Source of the DNA: a candidate division WOR-3 bacterium
GTDB lineage: Bacteria; Hydrothermota; Tepidihabitantia; Tepidihabitantales; Tepidihabitantaceae
Assembly: GCA_965648905.1 (NCBI GenBank)
Contig: CBFGIT010000037.1
Coordinates: 1 to 23,497 of the forward strand
Length of the DNA: 23,497 nt
Direction: 5' to 3'
The number at the start of each line of letters is the position of its first letter. The first letter of the stretch is position 1. Positions 14,481-22,976 of the stretch are shown here, piece after piece. The position numbers and the translations under genes are program-made. The notes beneath the pieces were generated by a model. That model worked only from the letters and a program-made list of their open reading frames with translations. It was not told the origin of the DNA and searched no databases.

Positions 14481-16595
14481 ATGAGTGATTCCCTGCTGCG
14501 TCGGACGCGCAACATCGGCATTGCCGCGCACATTGATGCCGGCAAGACGACAACAACCGAGCGCATCCTTTATTATTCGGGCCGAATTCACCGGATGGGC
14601 GACATTGACGACGGCAATACCCAGATGGACTGGATGGCTCAGGAGCGCGAGCGGGGCATCACCATCACCTCGGCCGCAACCACGGTGCAGTGGCGCGAAC
14701 ATCGCATCAACATCATCGACACACCCGGACACGTTGACTTCACGGTCGAGGTCGAGCGCTCGCTCAAGGTACTGGACGGCGCGGTGGTTGTCCTGTGCGG
14801 TGTGGGCGGGGTCGAGCCGCAGACCGAGACTGTCTGGCGTCAGGCCGACCGCTACCGGGTTCCGCGCATTGCGTTCGTGAACAAGCTTGACCGGCTCGGA
14901 GCCGACTTCGAGCGGGTCGTGAAGATGATGGCGGAGAAGTTCGAACAGATACCGGTTCCGGTGCAACTGCCAATCGGCGCTGAGGACGGCTTTGTCGGCG
15001 TGGTTGACCTGGTTGCCGAGCAGGGGTTTGTCTGGCGGACCGAAGACTTGGGTGCGACCTTCGACACCGTGCCGGTGCCGGATGAGCTGGCCGACGCGGT
15101 TGCCCGGTATCGGCACGAAATGGTTGACGTGCTCAGCCGGTTCGACGAACACCTGCTCGAGCAGTATGTCGCGGGTGTGCCGATCACCGGTGATGACCTG
15201 AAAACTGCTCTGAGGGCGGCAACCGTGGCGCTCAAGGTCGTGCCGGTCTTCTGCGGCTCAGCGTTCCGGAACCGGGGCGTACAGAAACTGATTGACGGCA
15301 TCGTTGACTATCTGCCTTCGCCGCTCGACATTCCGCCGGCGCACGGCACTGACCCCAAGTCCAACCGAGCTGAGGTGCGTCCGGCCGACCCGACCGCGCC
15401 GTTCTCTGCCCTGGTGTTCAAACTTGCGGCCGACGCACAACGGGGCATGATGTCGTATGTCCGGGTCTACTCGGGCAGCGTCAGGCAGGGTGACGTCGTG
15501 CTGGCAGTGCCGCAGATGAAACGGGTGCGGCTGCCCAAGCTGGCCTTGATGCACGCCAACCGGACCCAGGAGGTCGAAGGTCTGTCGGCCGGGGAGATTG
15601 GCGTGGTCATCGGGCTGAAGGAAACTGCCACCGGCACGACTCTGGCCGACCTGGCTCATCCGGTTGCCTTCGAGCCAATCAAGTATCCGGAACCGGTTGT
15701 CTTCCTTGCCATCGAACCCCGAACCAAGGCTGACGACGACCGGCTGCACCAGGCACTCTCGGTGCTGGCGCTGGAGGACCCGACCTTCAAGGTTCGCACC
15801 GACGACGAGACCGGCCAGCTCATCCTGTCGGGTATGGGCGAGCTGCATCTTGACATCCTGACCGACCGACTGATGCGCGACTACAAGGTCGACGTCCGCT
15901 CGGGCAAGCCGCAGGTGTCGTACCGCGAGACCGTGACGGCAGCGGCCGAGGCCGAAGGGCGGTTCGTCCGCCAGTCAGGCGGGCACGGCCACTTCGCCGT
16001 TGTCCGGCTGGCCCTGGAACCATCGGCCGACGGCAACGCGGTCGTCGACGAGCTTGCGCCGGGCACGCTGCCCCGGCAGTTCGTTGCCGCAGTCGAGCAG
16101 GCGATTCACGACAGCTTTGAGTCGGGTGTAATGGCCGGGTACGAGGTAATCAACACCCGGGTGCGTATCGTCGACGGAGCCTGGCATGACGTCGACTCAT
16201 CGGACGTTGACTTCAAGCTGGCCGCGGCCGGCGCGTTCCGCGACGCATTCATGGCCGCAGCACCGACGTTCCTTGAGCCGATCATGGAGCTTGAGGTCGT
16301 GGTGCCTGAGCAGTACCTCGGAACCGTTCTGCAGGATGTGACGGCGCGGGCCGGTCGGGTCATGCATCTTGACGCGGTCAAAGGCCACCAGATTGTCAAG
16401 GCTGAGCTGCCTCTGGCCCGAACCTTCGGCTATGCCACCGTGCTTCGCTCGCTCAGCCAGGGCCGGGCCACCCATTCGATGCAGTTCGCCCGCTTCAGCC
16501 CGGTGGACGAGGAGACGCGGGTCCGGCTCTATCCGCTGTTTGCCGGCCGGACACCGCCTCAGTCGGCAGGGGAAACGCCGAGTCGTTCTCCTTGA
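14481..16595 (+). CDS. fusA: elongation factor G, stand-alone paralogue outside the str operon
   Basis: [99 protein letters not shown]. No rpsG or tuf neighbours. Confidence 0.95.
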   Translation: MSDSLLRRTRNIGIAAHIDAGKTTTTERILYYSGRIHRMGDIDDGNTQMDWMAQERERGITITSAATTVQWREHRINIIDTPGHVDFTVEVERSLKVLDGAVVVLCGVGGVEPQTETVWRQADRYRVPRIAFVNKLDRLGADFERVVKMMAEKFEQIPVPVQLPIGAEDGFVGVVDLVAEQGFVWRTEDLGATFDTVPVPDELADAVARYRHEMVDVLSRFDEHLLEQYVAGVPITGDDLKTALRAATVALKVVPVFCGSAFRNRGVQKLIDGIVDYLPSPLDIPPAHGTDPKSNRAEVRPADPTAPFSALVFKLAADAQRGMMSYVRVYSGSVRQGDVVLAVPQMKRVRLPKLALMHANRTQEVEGLSAGEIGVVIGLKETATGTTLADLAHPVAFEPIKYPEPVVFLAIEPRTKADDDRLHQALSVLALEDPTFKVRTDDETGQLILSGMGELHLDILTDRLMRDYKVDVRSGKPQVSYRETVTAAAEAEGRFVRQSGGHGHFAVVRLALEPSADGNAVVDELAPGTLPRQFVAAVEQAIHDSFESGVMAGYEVINTRVRIVDGAWHDVDSSDVDFKLAAAGAFRDAFMAAAPTFLEPIMELEVVVPEQYLGTVLQDVTARAGRVMHLDAVKGHQIVKAELPLARTFGYATVLRSLSQGRATHSMQFARFSPVDEETRVRLYPLFAGRTPPQSAGETPSRSP

Positions 16596-16619
16596 CACGC
16601 CTTTTGTAGCTGGTAGTAT
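16592..16619 (+). promoter_or_regulatory. sigma70-like promoter for tRNA-Asn
   Basis: TTGACA (16592-97, contains the fusA TGA stop), N16, extended -10 TGg-TAGTAT (16614-19). Confidence 0.65.
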
Positions 16620-16633
16620 CTTCTCCTCTCGAT

Positions 16634-16706
16634 TCCAGCGTAGCTCAACCGGTAGAGCATCCGGCTGTTAACCGGAGGGTCACAGGTTCGAGTCCTGTCG
16701 CTGGAG
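16634..16706 (+). tRNA. tRNA-Asn(GUU), CCA not encoded
   Basis: Acceptor TCCAGCG/CGCTGGA plus discriminator G; D arm GCTC/GAGC; anticodon stem TCCGG/CCGGA with loop CT-GTT-AA (anticodon 16667-69); T arm ACAGG-TTCGAGT-CCTGT. Followed by TGA rather than CCA. Confidence 0.97.
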
Positions 16707-16707
16707 T

Positions 16708-16740
16708 GAACCGCTGCCCAAGCCGGCAGCGGTTCTGTTT
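16708..16740 (+). terminator. intrinsic terminator-like hairpin after the tRNA
   Basis: 11-bp stem GAACCGCTGCC (16708-18) / GGCAGCGGTTC (16725-35), 6-nt loop, then TGTTT. Confidence 0.7.
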
Positions 16741-16756
16741 CAGCTCTGGTCTTGAT

Positions 16757-16784
16757 TTGACCGCTCAGGCGACCGGACTAGAAT
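16757..16784 (+). promoter_or_regulatory. sigma70-like promoter for the C25 peptidase
   Basis: TTGACC (16757-62), N16, TAGAAT (16779-84). Confidence 0.65.
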
Positions 16785-16877
16785 TGTGTTGTCCAGACCG
16801 CCGGATTGCGGTCTTCAGAACCGGCCGGCTGAGTTCTGATCATGACCAGATACGAAAATGACCAATGGAGGTTGTCG

Positions 16878-19800
16878 ATGCATCGTCTTGCTCACCTGCT
16901 CCTGTTGCCGACCCTGCTTCTGGCTGGAACCGGCACTCTGACCCAGACGTTCCGGTTCACGCCGGACGATTTCGTGTTCGACAAGGCGAACGGCTTTGAC
17001 GTTGTGGCCCTGCCCGGCCACTACTTCACGTCCGAGCCGGGCAGTCCGTATCTGCCGCTCGCGACGTACAACGTGCTCATCCCGCCTGATGCTGAGGTTA
17101 CCGGGGTCGAGATTGTGCAGGTGACGAGAGTGATTCTGCCGGGCGAGTTTGATATCCACCCCTGCCAGCGACCTCAGGTCCTGTCGCGGCCGGCAGGTGA
17201 TTTCATCCTGCCCGACCCGGCGGTCTATCTTCAGGACAAGCCGTATCCGGCTGAACCCGTGCGCTTCACGCGCTCCGGACTCTTGGGCGGTTTCCGGATT
17301 GCCGGGCTGCAGGTAGCACCGCTTCAGTATCTGCCCGCGCAGAAGCGGCTGGTCCTAGCCACAAGTATCACGGTTGCCGTGCGGTACGAAAAGAACCGGC
17401 ACGAGGTGCTGTCGCTGGACCAAAGCCAGGTGGGTTTGATGGAAGAGCAGGCAAGGCGCATCGTCGTGAACCCGGGACAGACAGCTTCCTGGGCGCCCGC
17501 AGTGCGCCAGACCGATGACTGGCTCTGTGACATGATGGTCGTTACTTCGTCCACGCTCGCCGCAAGCTTCCAGCCGTTTGTCGACTGGAAGACTCGTCGG
17601 GGCATCAAGACCGTGGTGGTGAAGACCGAGTCAATCTACTCGACCTACCCGGGCCGGGACAATCAGGAACGGATTCGGAACTGCATCATCGATTACTGGC
17701 AGAACCACGGTCTGAAATGGGTGCTGGTGGGTGGGGATGCCGAAATCGTGCCGGTGCGACTGGCCCGCATCACCTGCGAAGGCATCACCGAAAACATCGC
17801 GACCGACTTCTACTACGCTGACCTGCAGTACTCGTGGGATTCAGACCACAACAACTACTTCGGCGAGATGACCGATTCGGTGGACCTGTTCCACGACCTG
17901 TTCATCGGCCGGACTCCGGCCGACAACGCGGCCGATGTTGCCCTGTTCTTCTCCAAGTGCACGACCTATGAGAAGAACCCGGACACAACGTACCTGAAGA
18001 AAGGGCTAATGGGTTCGACCATGCTCTTTTCGCCGTTCCACGGTCGGGTCATCAACCGGATGATTGCCGAGATGTATCCGACCGGCTGGCAGTTCTCGCA
18101 CCTTGAGGACCCGCCCTCTGGTCAGTACGCGAGCCAGATGAGCGCAGGCCACGGCATCTCGCACGTTGCCGCGCACGGAAATCAGACCAGCTTTTCGGTG
18201 ATGAGTGCGTCTGAAGCGCCGGGCCTGACCAACGGGCTGCGCAAGCTCTGTTTTGTCAATTCGATTGCCTGCCAGTCAGGCTGGTTCGACGGTTATGAGT
18301 GTCTGGCCGAGGCGCTGGTCAAGGCCCAGAACGGCGGCTGCATCGCGGTCTGCCTGAACTCGCGCTACGGGTTCGGGTACCCGCCCGGGTTCGGGCCGTC
18401 GGAGATGCTCGACCTGCAGTTTTACCGCTACCACCTTAGCAATGATGGGTTTCAGTTCGGGGTCTTGAACGCTCTGTCCAAGGACTATTTCCAGAGTCTG
18501 ACCATGGGCCAGGAGGTCTGGCGCTGGTGTGTCTATGAACTGAACCTGTTCGGGGACCCGAGTCTGGGCATGTGGAGTGAGAAGCCGGCAACGCTTCAGG
18601 TGAGCGCGCCGGTGTCAGTCCCGACCGGGGCTCAGACCATGCGGGTGACAGTGACAAGAGCCGGTTCACCGGTGGCCGGGGCCTTAGTCTGCGCCCGGAA
18701 GTCAGGAGAGACCTATGCTCGGGCCTGGACCAATTCCGCCGGCTGGGTTGACCTGCTGTTCAATCCGACAACTACGGGCAGCCTTGAATTGAGTGTGAGC
18801 GCCCGCAACTGCTATCCGAGCGAGCGCCAGATTACGGTGTCCGGTTCGTCCAGCCAACCGGCTCTGGTATTCGGCCGGCTGCGCATCGATGACACCGACG
18901 GTAACGGCCGGCTCGACCCGGGCGAGACCGCCGACCTTTATATCTCAATTGTCAATCATGGTGCGGTTGCCGCGACCAGCGTGACCGCAAAGCTGAGAAC
19001 GACCTGCCCGTATCTTTCCCTGCTTGATTCGACCTCGAACTATGGCATGGTCAATCCGGCCGACACGGTCGAAGGCGACCGGTTCCGCGTGAGCGCGTCC
19101 TCGTCAACACCATCCGGAACCTTAGCCGAGCTTGTGACCTTCTGCACTTCACCCCAGGGCAACTGGGAGCCTTACTGCCAGACGCGCATCGGCGAGCTGC
19201 CGCCGGCCCGGAAGCTCTGGGCTGACCACGATACCGGCAACATGATTCTCTCGGTGACCACGGTCGGCTCGATCGGTACGCTCGGGCCGTACCGTGAAGG
19301 CTCAGGGCTGAAGTACCCGCGGGACGCCGGGTATGGCTCGCTCTATTTCACCAGCCTGGCCTGCGGCAACTCACCGAGCTATGTTGTGGACCGGTGGTAC
19401 GGACAGCCGACTTCGACCTACCAGACCGACTGGCGGGCGGTGGACACGCTCCATGCGGTTCGGCCGCCGATTGGCGCCCACGAGGAGTACCAGTGCGTGA
19501 TTGACGACGCCGCCCACCCGAACCCCAAAGGCCTGCGTGTAACCCAGTGGTCCGGCGCGCTGGCCGACTCGGCGTACCGCGACTTCGTTATCATCACCTA
19601 CAACGTGGAGAATACCGGGTCGGCACCAATCAACGGCCTGTACGTCGGCATCTTTTCGGACTTCGACGTCAACAACACGACCTCGAACAACGTCTACACC
19701 GATGCCGGACGCAGGCTGACCTACATGACCCAGTCTTCAAGCTACACCAACTCGGCCGGCATCAAGCTCCTTTCGCCGACCGTGGCGGCAAATCTCTCGG

Positions 19801-21761
19801 CGATTGACCATGCCGTGTATGTCACCCCGGGCAACATGATGACCGAGGCGGTCAAGGACAGCTTCCTGCGCGGCGCGATTTCCCGGCCCAACTCGAACGG
19901 CGCACGCAACTGGTCGTGCGTGGTTTCGGCCGGGCCGTTTAACCTTGCCCCGGGTGCGCGCACCCGGGTCGCGTTCGCCCTGGTCGGCGGCAACACCCAG
20001 CAGGAGATGCTCAGTCATGCCGATTCGGCCCAGTCGTGGTATGACCATCAGATGCCGAGCGGCCTGACCTTCTTGAAGGCGACAATTGACGACGGTGCGG
20101 GCGGCAACGGCGACGGTATCATCAATCCGGGCGAGCGCATCAACCTGCCGACCTGGGTGGTGAATCGGAGCGACCGGGGCGCTGCCGGGGTTTGGGGCAT
20201 CCTGCGCAAGACCTCGGCTGACACGCTCGTGACTGTAACCGACTCGGTTCGACGGTTCGGGACCGTGGCCGGCGGCGACTCAGCCTACACCGGACCTGAC
20301 GGCTTCAAGTTCCGGGTCGCGGCCGCATGTACGAACCGCTATGCCCTGCCTTTGGTACTCGTCTGCGTGGACACGCTCGACTCGGTCTACACCTCGTCCC
20401 TGCCTCTGGTTGTTGGCGCACCGCAACTCGTGCCCGGCGGCGTCCAGTGCTGGGACCCGCTGCCCGGCGGAAACAACAACGGCCGGCTCGACCCGGGCGA
20501 AGAGGCCGACATCGCGCTCGGGATTCAGAACATCGGCCTGGGCCATGCTGAGAACGTCGCGGCCCGGCTCAGGTCGACTGATTCCCGGCTCCTGGTTCTT
20601 GACTCGCTGGGGACATATGGCAATGTGCGGCGCGACTCGACCGTGTTCAACACCCAGGACCGGTACCGGGTGCGGGCGAGCAGCTCGATTCCGCCCGAGA
20701 CCCAGATTCCCTGCACACTCGTTGTTTCCGGCACCGGCTACCAGGCAAAGCGGCTGGTCCTCGTGGCGGTCGGCGCTCTGACCGCAATTGACCCGATTCC
20801 AGACGGGCCGCGTGTGCCGCCGCGCTACTATGCCTATGACGATGTCGATTCGTTCTACGTCTCCTGTCCGGAATTCAACTGGGTCGAAATCCGCGACCTC
20901 GGCACGCGGCTTGTGCTTTCCGACGACCAGACCGTGGTGCAGAACCTGCCGCCCGGTTTCGGGCTGTGGCGGTACTACGGGGTGAACTACAGCCAGATTT
21001 CCATCTGCGGCAACGGCTGGGTTGCACCGGGCAGCACCGCCAGCTCAGTCTACTCAAACACGGCCCTGCCTGGTGGTCCGGTTCCCCTGATGGTTGCGCT
21101 CAACTGGGACGACCTGTACCCGCCGACCGGCGGCGGCGTCTGGTACTATCACGATACGGCCGGACACCGCTACATCGTCGAATGGGACTCGGTCGCCTAC
21201 TACTCACAGCGCACCGTGTTCGACAAGTTCCAGATTGTCATCTACGACTCGACCGTGCGCAGTGCGACCGGCGACAATACCTTCGACATCCAGTACCTGA
21301 CCGCGAACAACTACGTCTCGAACACGGTCGGCCTGCAGGACCAGACCATGGCCATCGGGATTCAGTGTCTGTTCAACGGTGCTTACCATCGGGCAGCCGC
21401 GCCGATTGTCCCAGGCCGGTGCATCCGGTTCACGACCGACTCGGTCCAGACCGAAGTCAACGAGTTGACCGGAGTTCAGGGCCGGCTTCAACTGGCGCTT
21501 GCGGCCTGGCCCAACCCGGTAAGCCGGGCTGCACAGGTCAGCTTTACTCTGCCCCAGGACAGCCGGGTCAGGCTGAGCGTCGTGGACGCAACCGGCCGAC
21601 TGGTGCGAACCCTGGCTGAGGGAGAGTTCGTCCGTGGACCGCACACCGCGGTCTGGGACGGCAAGGACAGCCAGGGACAACGAGTGGCAAACGGCATCTA
21701 TCTTTACCGAATCGAGACCAATGCGGGCACGCGCCAGCACAAGGCGGTCGTGCTGCGATAG
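16878..21761 (+). CDS. gingipain-like C25 cysteine peptidase with propeptide, Ig-like repeats and FlgD-Ig/T9SS-like C-terminal domain, 1627 aa
   Basis: Start moved from 16842 to ATG 16878 (GGAGG at 16867-71; signal MHRLAHLLLLPTLLLA). Propeptide SEPGSPYLP...LIPP; C25 motifs FVDWKTRRG, IRNCI, WVLVGGD, TDFYYADL, DLFIGR, LNLFGDP; catalytic His in AAHGN (18174-76) and Cys in SIACQSG (18270-72). Three D..G.NG.(L/I)(D/N)PGE domains. C-terminus AWPNPV...LSVVDATGRLVRTL...WDGKDSQGQRVANGIYLY. Confidence 0.94.
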   Translation: MHRLAHLLLLPTLLLAGTGTLTQTFRFTPDDFVFDKANGFDVVALPGHYFTSEPGSPYLPLATYNVLIPPDAEVTGVEIVQVTRVILPGEFDIHPCQRPQVLSRPAGDFILPDPAVYLQDKPYPAEPVRFTRSGLLGGFRIAGLQVAPLQYLPAQKRLVLATSITVAVRYEKNRHEVLSLDQSQVGLMEEQARRIVVNPGQTASWAPAVRQTDDWLCDMMVVTSSTLAASFQPFVDWKTRRGIKTVVVKTESIYSTYPGRDNQERIRNCIIDYWQNHGLKWVLVGGDAEIVPVRLARITCEGITENIATDFYYADLQYSWDSDHNNYFGEMTDSVDLFHDLFIGRTPADNAADVALFFSKCTTYEKNPDTTYLKKGLMGSTMLFSPFHGRVINRMIAEMYPTGWQFSHLEDPPSGQYASQMSAGHGISHVAAHGNQTSFSVMSASEAPGLTNGLRKLCFVNSIACQSGWFDGYECLAEALVKAQNGGCIAVCLNSRYGFGYPPGFGPSEMLDLQFYRYHLSNDGFQFGVLNALSKDYFQSLTMGQEVWRWCVYELNLFGDPSLGMWSEKPATLQVSAPVSVPTGAQTMRVTVTRAGSPVAGALVCARKSGETYARAWTNSAGWVDLLFNPTTTGSLELSVSARNCYPSERQITVSGSSSQPALVFGRLRIDDTDGNGRLDPGETADLYISIVNHGAVAATSVTAKLRTTCPYLSLLDSTSNYGMVNPADTVEGDRFRVSASSSTPSGTLAELVTFCTSPQGNWEPYCQTRIGELPPARKLWADHDTGNMILSVTTVGSIGTLGPYREGSGLKYPRDAGYGSLYFTSLACGNSPSYVVDRWYGQPTSTYQTDWRAVDTLHAVRPPIGAHEEYQCVIDDAAHPNPKGLRVTQWSGALADSAYRDFVIITYNVENTGSAPINGLYVGIFSDFDVNNTTSNNVYTDAGRRLTYMTQSSSYTNSAGIKLLSPTVAANLSAIDHAVYVTPGNMMTEAVKDSFLRGAISRPNSNGARNWSCVVSAGPFNLAPGARTRVAFALVGGNTQQEMLSHADSAQSWYDHQMPSGLTFLKATIDDGAGGNGDGIINPGERINLPTWVVNRSDRGAAGVWGILRKTSADTLVTVTDSVRRFGTVAGGDSAYTGPDGFKFRVAAACTNRYALPLVLVCVDTLDSVYTSSLPLVVGAPQLVPGGVQCWDPLPGGNNNGRLDPGEEADIALGIQNIGLGHAENVAARLRSTDSRLLVLDSLGTYGNVRRDSTVFNTQDRYRVRASSSIPPETQIPCTLVVSGTGYQAKRLVLVAVGALTAIDPIPDGPRVPPRYYAYDDVDSFYVSCPEFNWVEIRDLGTRLVLSDDQTVVQNLPPGFGLWRYYGVNYSQISICGNGWVAPGSTASSVYSNTALPGGPVPLMVALNWDDLYPPTGGGVWYYHDTAGHRYIVEWDSVAYYSQRTVFDKFQIVIYDSTVRSATGDNTFDIQYLTANNYVSNTVGLQDQTMAIGIQCLFNGAYHRAAAPIVPGRCIRFTTDSVQTEVNELTGVQGRLQLALAAWPNPVSRAAQVSFTLPQDSRVRLSVVDATGRLVRTLAEGEFVRGPHTAVWDGKDSQGQRVANGIYLYRIETNAGTRQHKAVVLR

Positions 21762-21770
21762 AGAGGAACC

Positions 21771-22547
21771 ATGAACCGAATAATCCGACTCCTGCTGCTG
21801 GCCGTGGTCGGGTTCGCCCTGTTTGGCCGGGCGACCTGCGGCCGGACAAAGCCTGCGGCCCGGGGCATCACGCCGGTGCTCAAACTGACCATCAAAGACC
21901 ATGTCTACTATCACAACATGGGCATTACCTGGGACAGCGAACACTACTACACGGTCAACGGCGGCAACTCAGACTACTGCAACCTGAACAAGTACGACCG
22001 CAAGGGCAACCTGGTGGCGAGCTACGATGTCGGGATTGACGGCCGGGCAATCTTCTGGCATCCGGAAGACGAAGAACTGTTTGTCAAGGTTCACGGCACG
22101 AGCCTGTACTCGGTTGACCTTGAGGACGAGTATGCCGACGAGGCGACCGAAGACATCGCGACCGAGGACAACTCCTCGGTCGGTTTCTCGCCGGACGGCG
22201 AAAGGGTTTATGAACTCTCCGGCGGCACGGTTACGGTCCGGGACTTTGACTCAGGCGACGAACTGGCGAGCTTCGAACTCGCCGGCGCAGCGAGCGACGA
22301 AGACCAGGGCCGCGACAAGAGCATCGCGGTTTCGGACAAGTACATCTTTGCCTGGGAAGACGAAAACACCATCCGGGTCTACAACCTCGAGGGCGCGTAC
22401 CTTGCGCGGTTTGACCTGCCCCGGCCCGGGTTCGGCTTCTCTCTGTCATGGGCCAACGGCCTGCTCTGGATTGCCGAAGATGCGGACGGCAAGGATTCGG
22501 GCGCAGACGGGTACTGGTACGGGTATCAGTTGAAAGGACTCGAGTAG
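21771..22547 (+). CDS. secreted acidic hypothetical protein, probable beta-propeller
   Basis: GAGAGG RBS, 9 nt after the C25 stop. Signal peptide MNRIIRLLLLAVVGFALFG. Blade-like motifs GITWDSEHYYTV, KYDRKGNLVASY, VGFSPDGERVYEL, IRVYNLEGAYLARF, LSWANGLLWIA. Confidence 0.85.
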   Translation: MNRIIRLLLLAVVGFALFGRATCGRTKPAARGITPVLKLTIKDHVYYHNMGITWDSEHYYTVNGGNSDYCNLNKYDRKGNLVASYDVGIDGRAIFWHPEDEELFVKVHGTSLYSVDLEDEYADEATEDIATEDNSSVGFSPDGERVYELSGGTVTVRDFDSGDELASFELAGAASDEDQGRDKSIAVSDKYIFAWEDENTIRVYNLEGAYLARFDLPRPGFGFSLSWANGLLWIAEDADGKDSGADGYWYGYQLKGLE

Positions 22548-22572
22548 CCCGGGCCCAGCAGCGCAGTCAATA

Positions 22573-22605
22573 CAACCGGCAGGCGCGGGCCTGCCGGTTG
22601 CTTTC
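22573..22605. terminator. probable bidirectional terminator hairpin between convergent genes
   Basis: Perfect 12-bp stem CAACCGGCAGGC (22573-84) / GCCTGCCGGTTG (22589-600), loop GCGG. Followed by CTTTC on + and TATTG on -; both U tracts are weak. Confidence 0.65.
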
Positions 22606-22669
22606 GCAGTCGGTCGCGGGAGACAACCTTAGCGGCTGCCATGACCCTGACCTCCAACCCAGCCCGGGC

Positions 22670-22789
22670 TTATCCGCAGCACAGAACGTGATCGAGACAG
22701 CACACGTCAGGGCAGACATAGCACTGGCAGCAGACACTCTTCTGCTCCTGGCACTCACGCTGCTGCTTCTTCTCCTTGCGTCCTTTCAT
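22670..22789 (-). CDS. 39-aa peptide with 9 Cys (metallothionein-like or RiPP-precursor-like)
   Basis: Below the ORF-track size cutoff. ATG 22789-87 to TAA 22672-70: MKGRKEKKQQRECQEQKSVCCQCYVCPDVCCLDHVLCCG. Purine-rich RBS region GAAGAAAGAAGGTGAGAGCC directly upstream; terminator-like hairpin ~70 nt downstream. Confidence 0.75.
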   Translation of the reverse strand: MKGRKEKKQQRECQEQKSVCCQCYVCPDVCCLDHVLCCG

Positions 22790-22866
22790 GGCTCTCACCT
22801 TCTTTCTTCACCTGGTTAGACGCGCAGTCGTTGCGGCCAGATGCCGGCGACCTGGGCGCAGCGCGT

Positions 22867-22936
22867 GGACGCAGAGGTCGGAATGCAGAATGCAGATTGC
22901 AAATGCCAAAGCGCAGAATCGCGAACGGCGAAAAGC
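22867..22936 (+). repeat. degenerate heptamer tandem array (~10 units, consensus GAATGCA)
   Basis: ggacgca gaggtcg gaatgca gaatgca gattgca aatgcca aagcgca gaatcgc gaacggc gaaaagc; same family and orientation as 3909-3981. Confidence 0.8.
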
Positions 22937-22945
22937 GGTCAGCGG

Positions 22946-22973
22946 TTGACTTCGGCGCTGGTTTGGTGAGAAT
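22946..22973 (+). promoter_or_regulatory. weak sigma70-like promoter candidate pointing into the rod-like fold-back
   Basis: TTGACT (22946-51), N16, GAGAAT (22968-73). The predicted +1 near 22980 coincides with the base of the fold-back; the -10 deviates at its first base. Confidence 0.35.
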
Positions 22974-22976
22974 ATA

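Noticed and set aside
16634..16790. tRNA-Asn as integration site of a genomic island
   Set aside because: No integrase gene, no duplicated tRNA 3' end and no obvious composition shift seen in the window.
16842..16877. Upstream ATG for the C25 peptidase
   Set aside because: GGAGG at 16867-71 and the signal peptide favour ATG 16878.
20966..21944. Long alternative-frame ORFs inside large genes (e.g. 20966..21619 +, 21204..21944 -; also 14466..15152 -)
   Set aside because: Typical shadow frames of GC-rich coding DNA overlapping well-supported genes.
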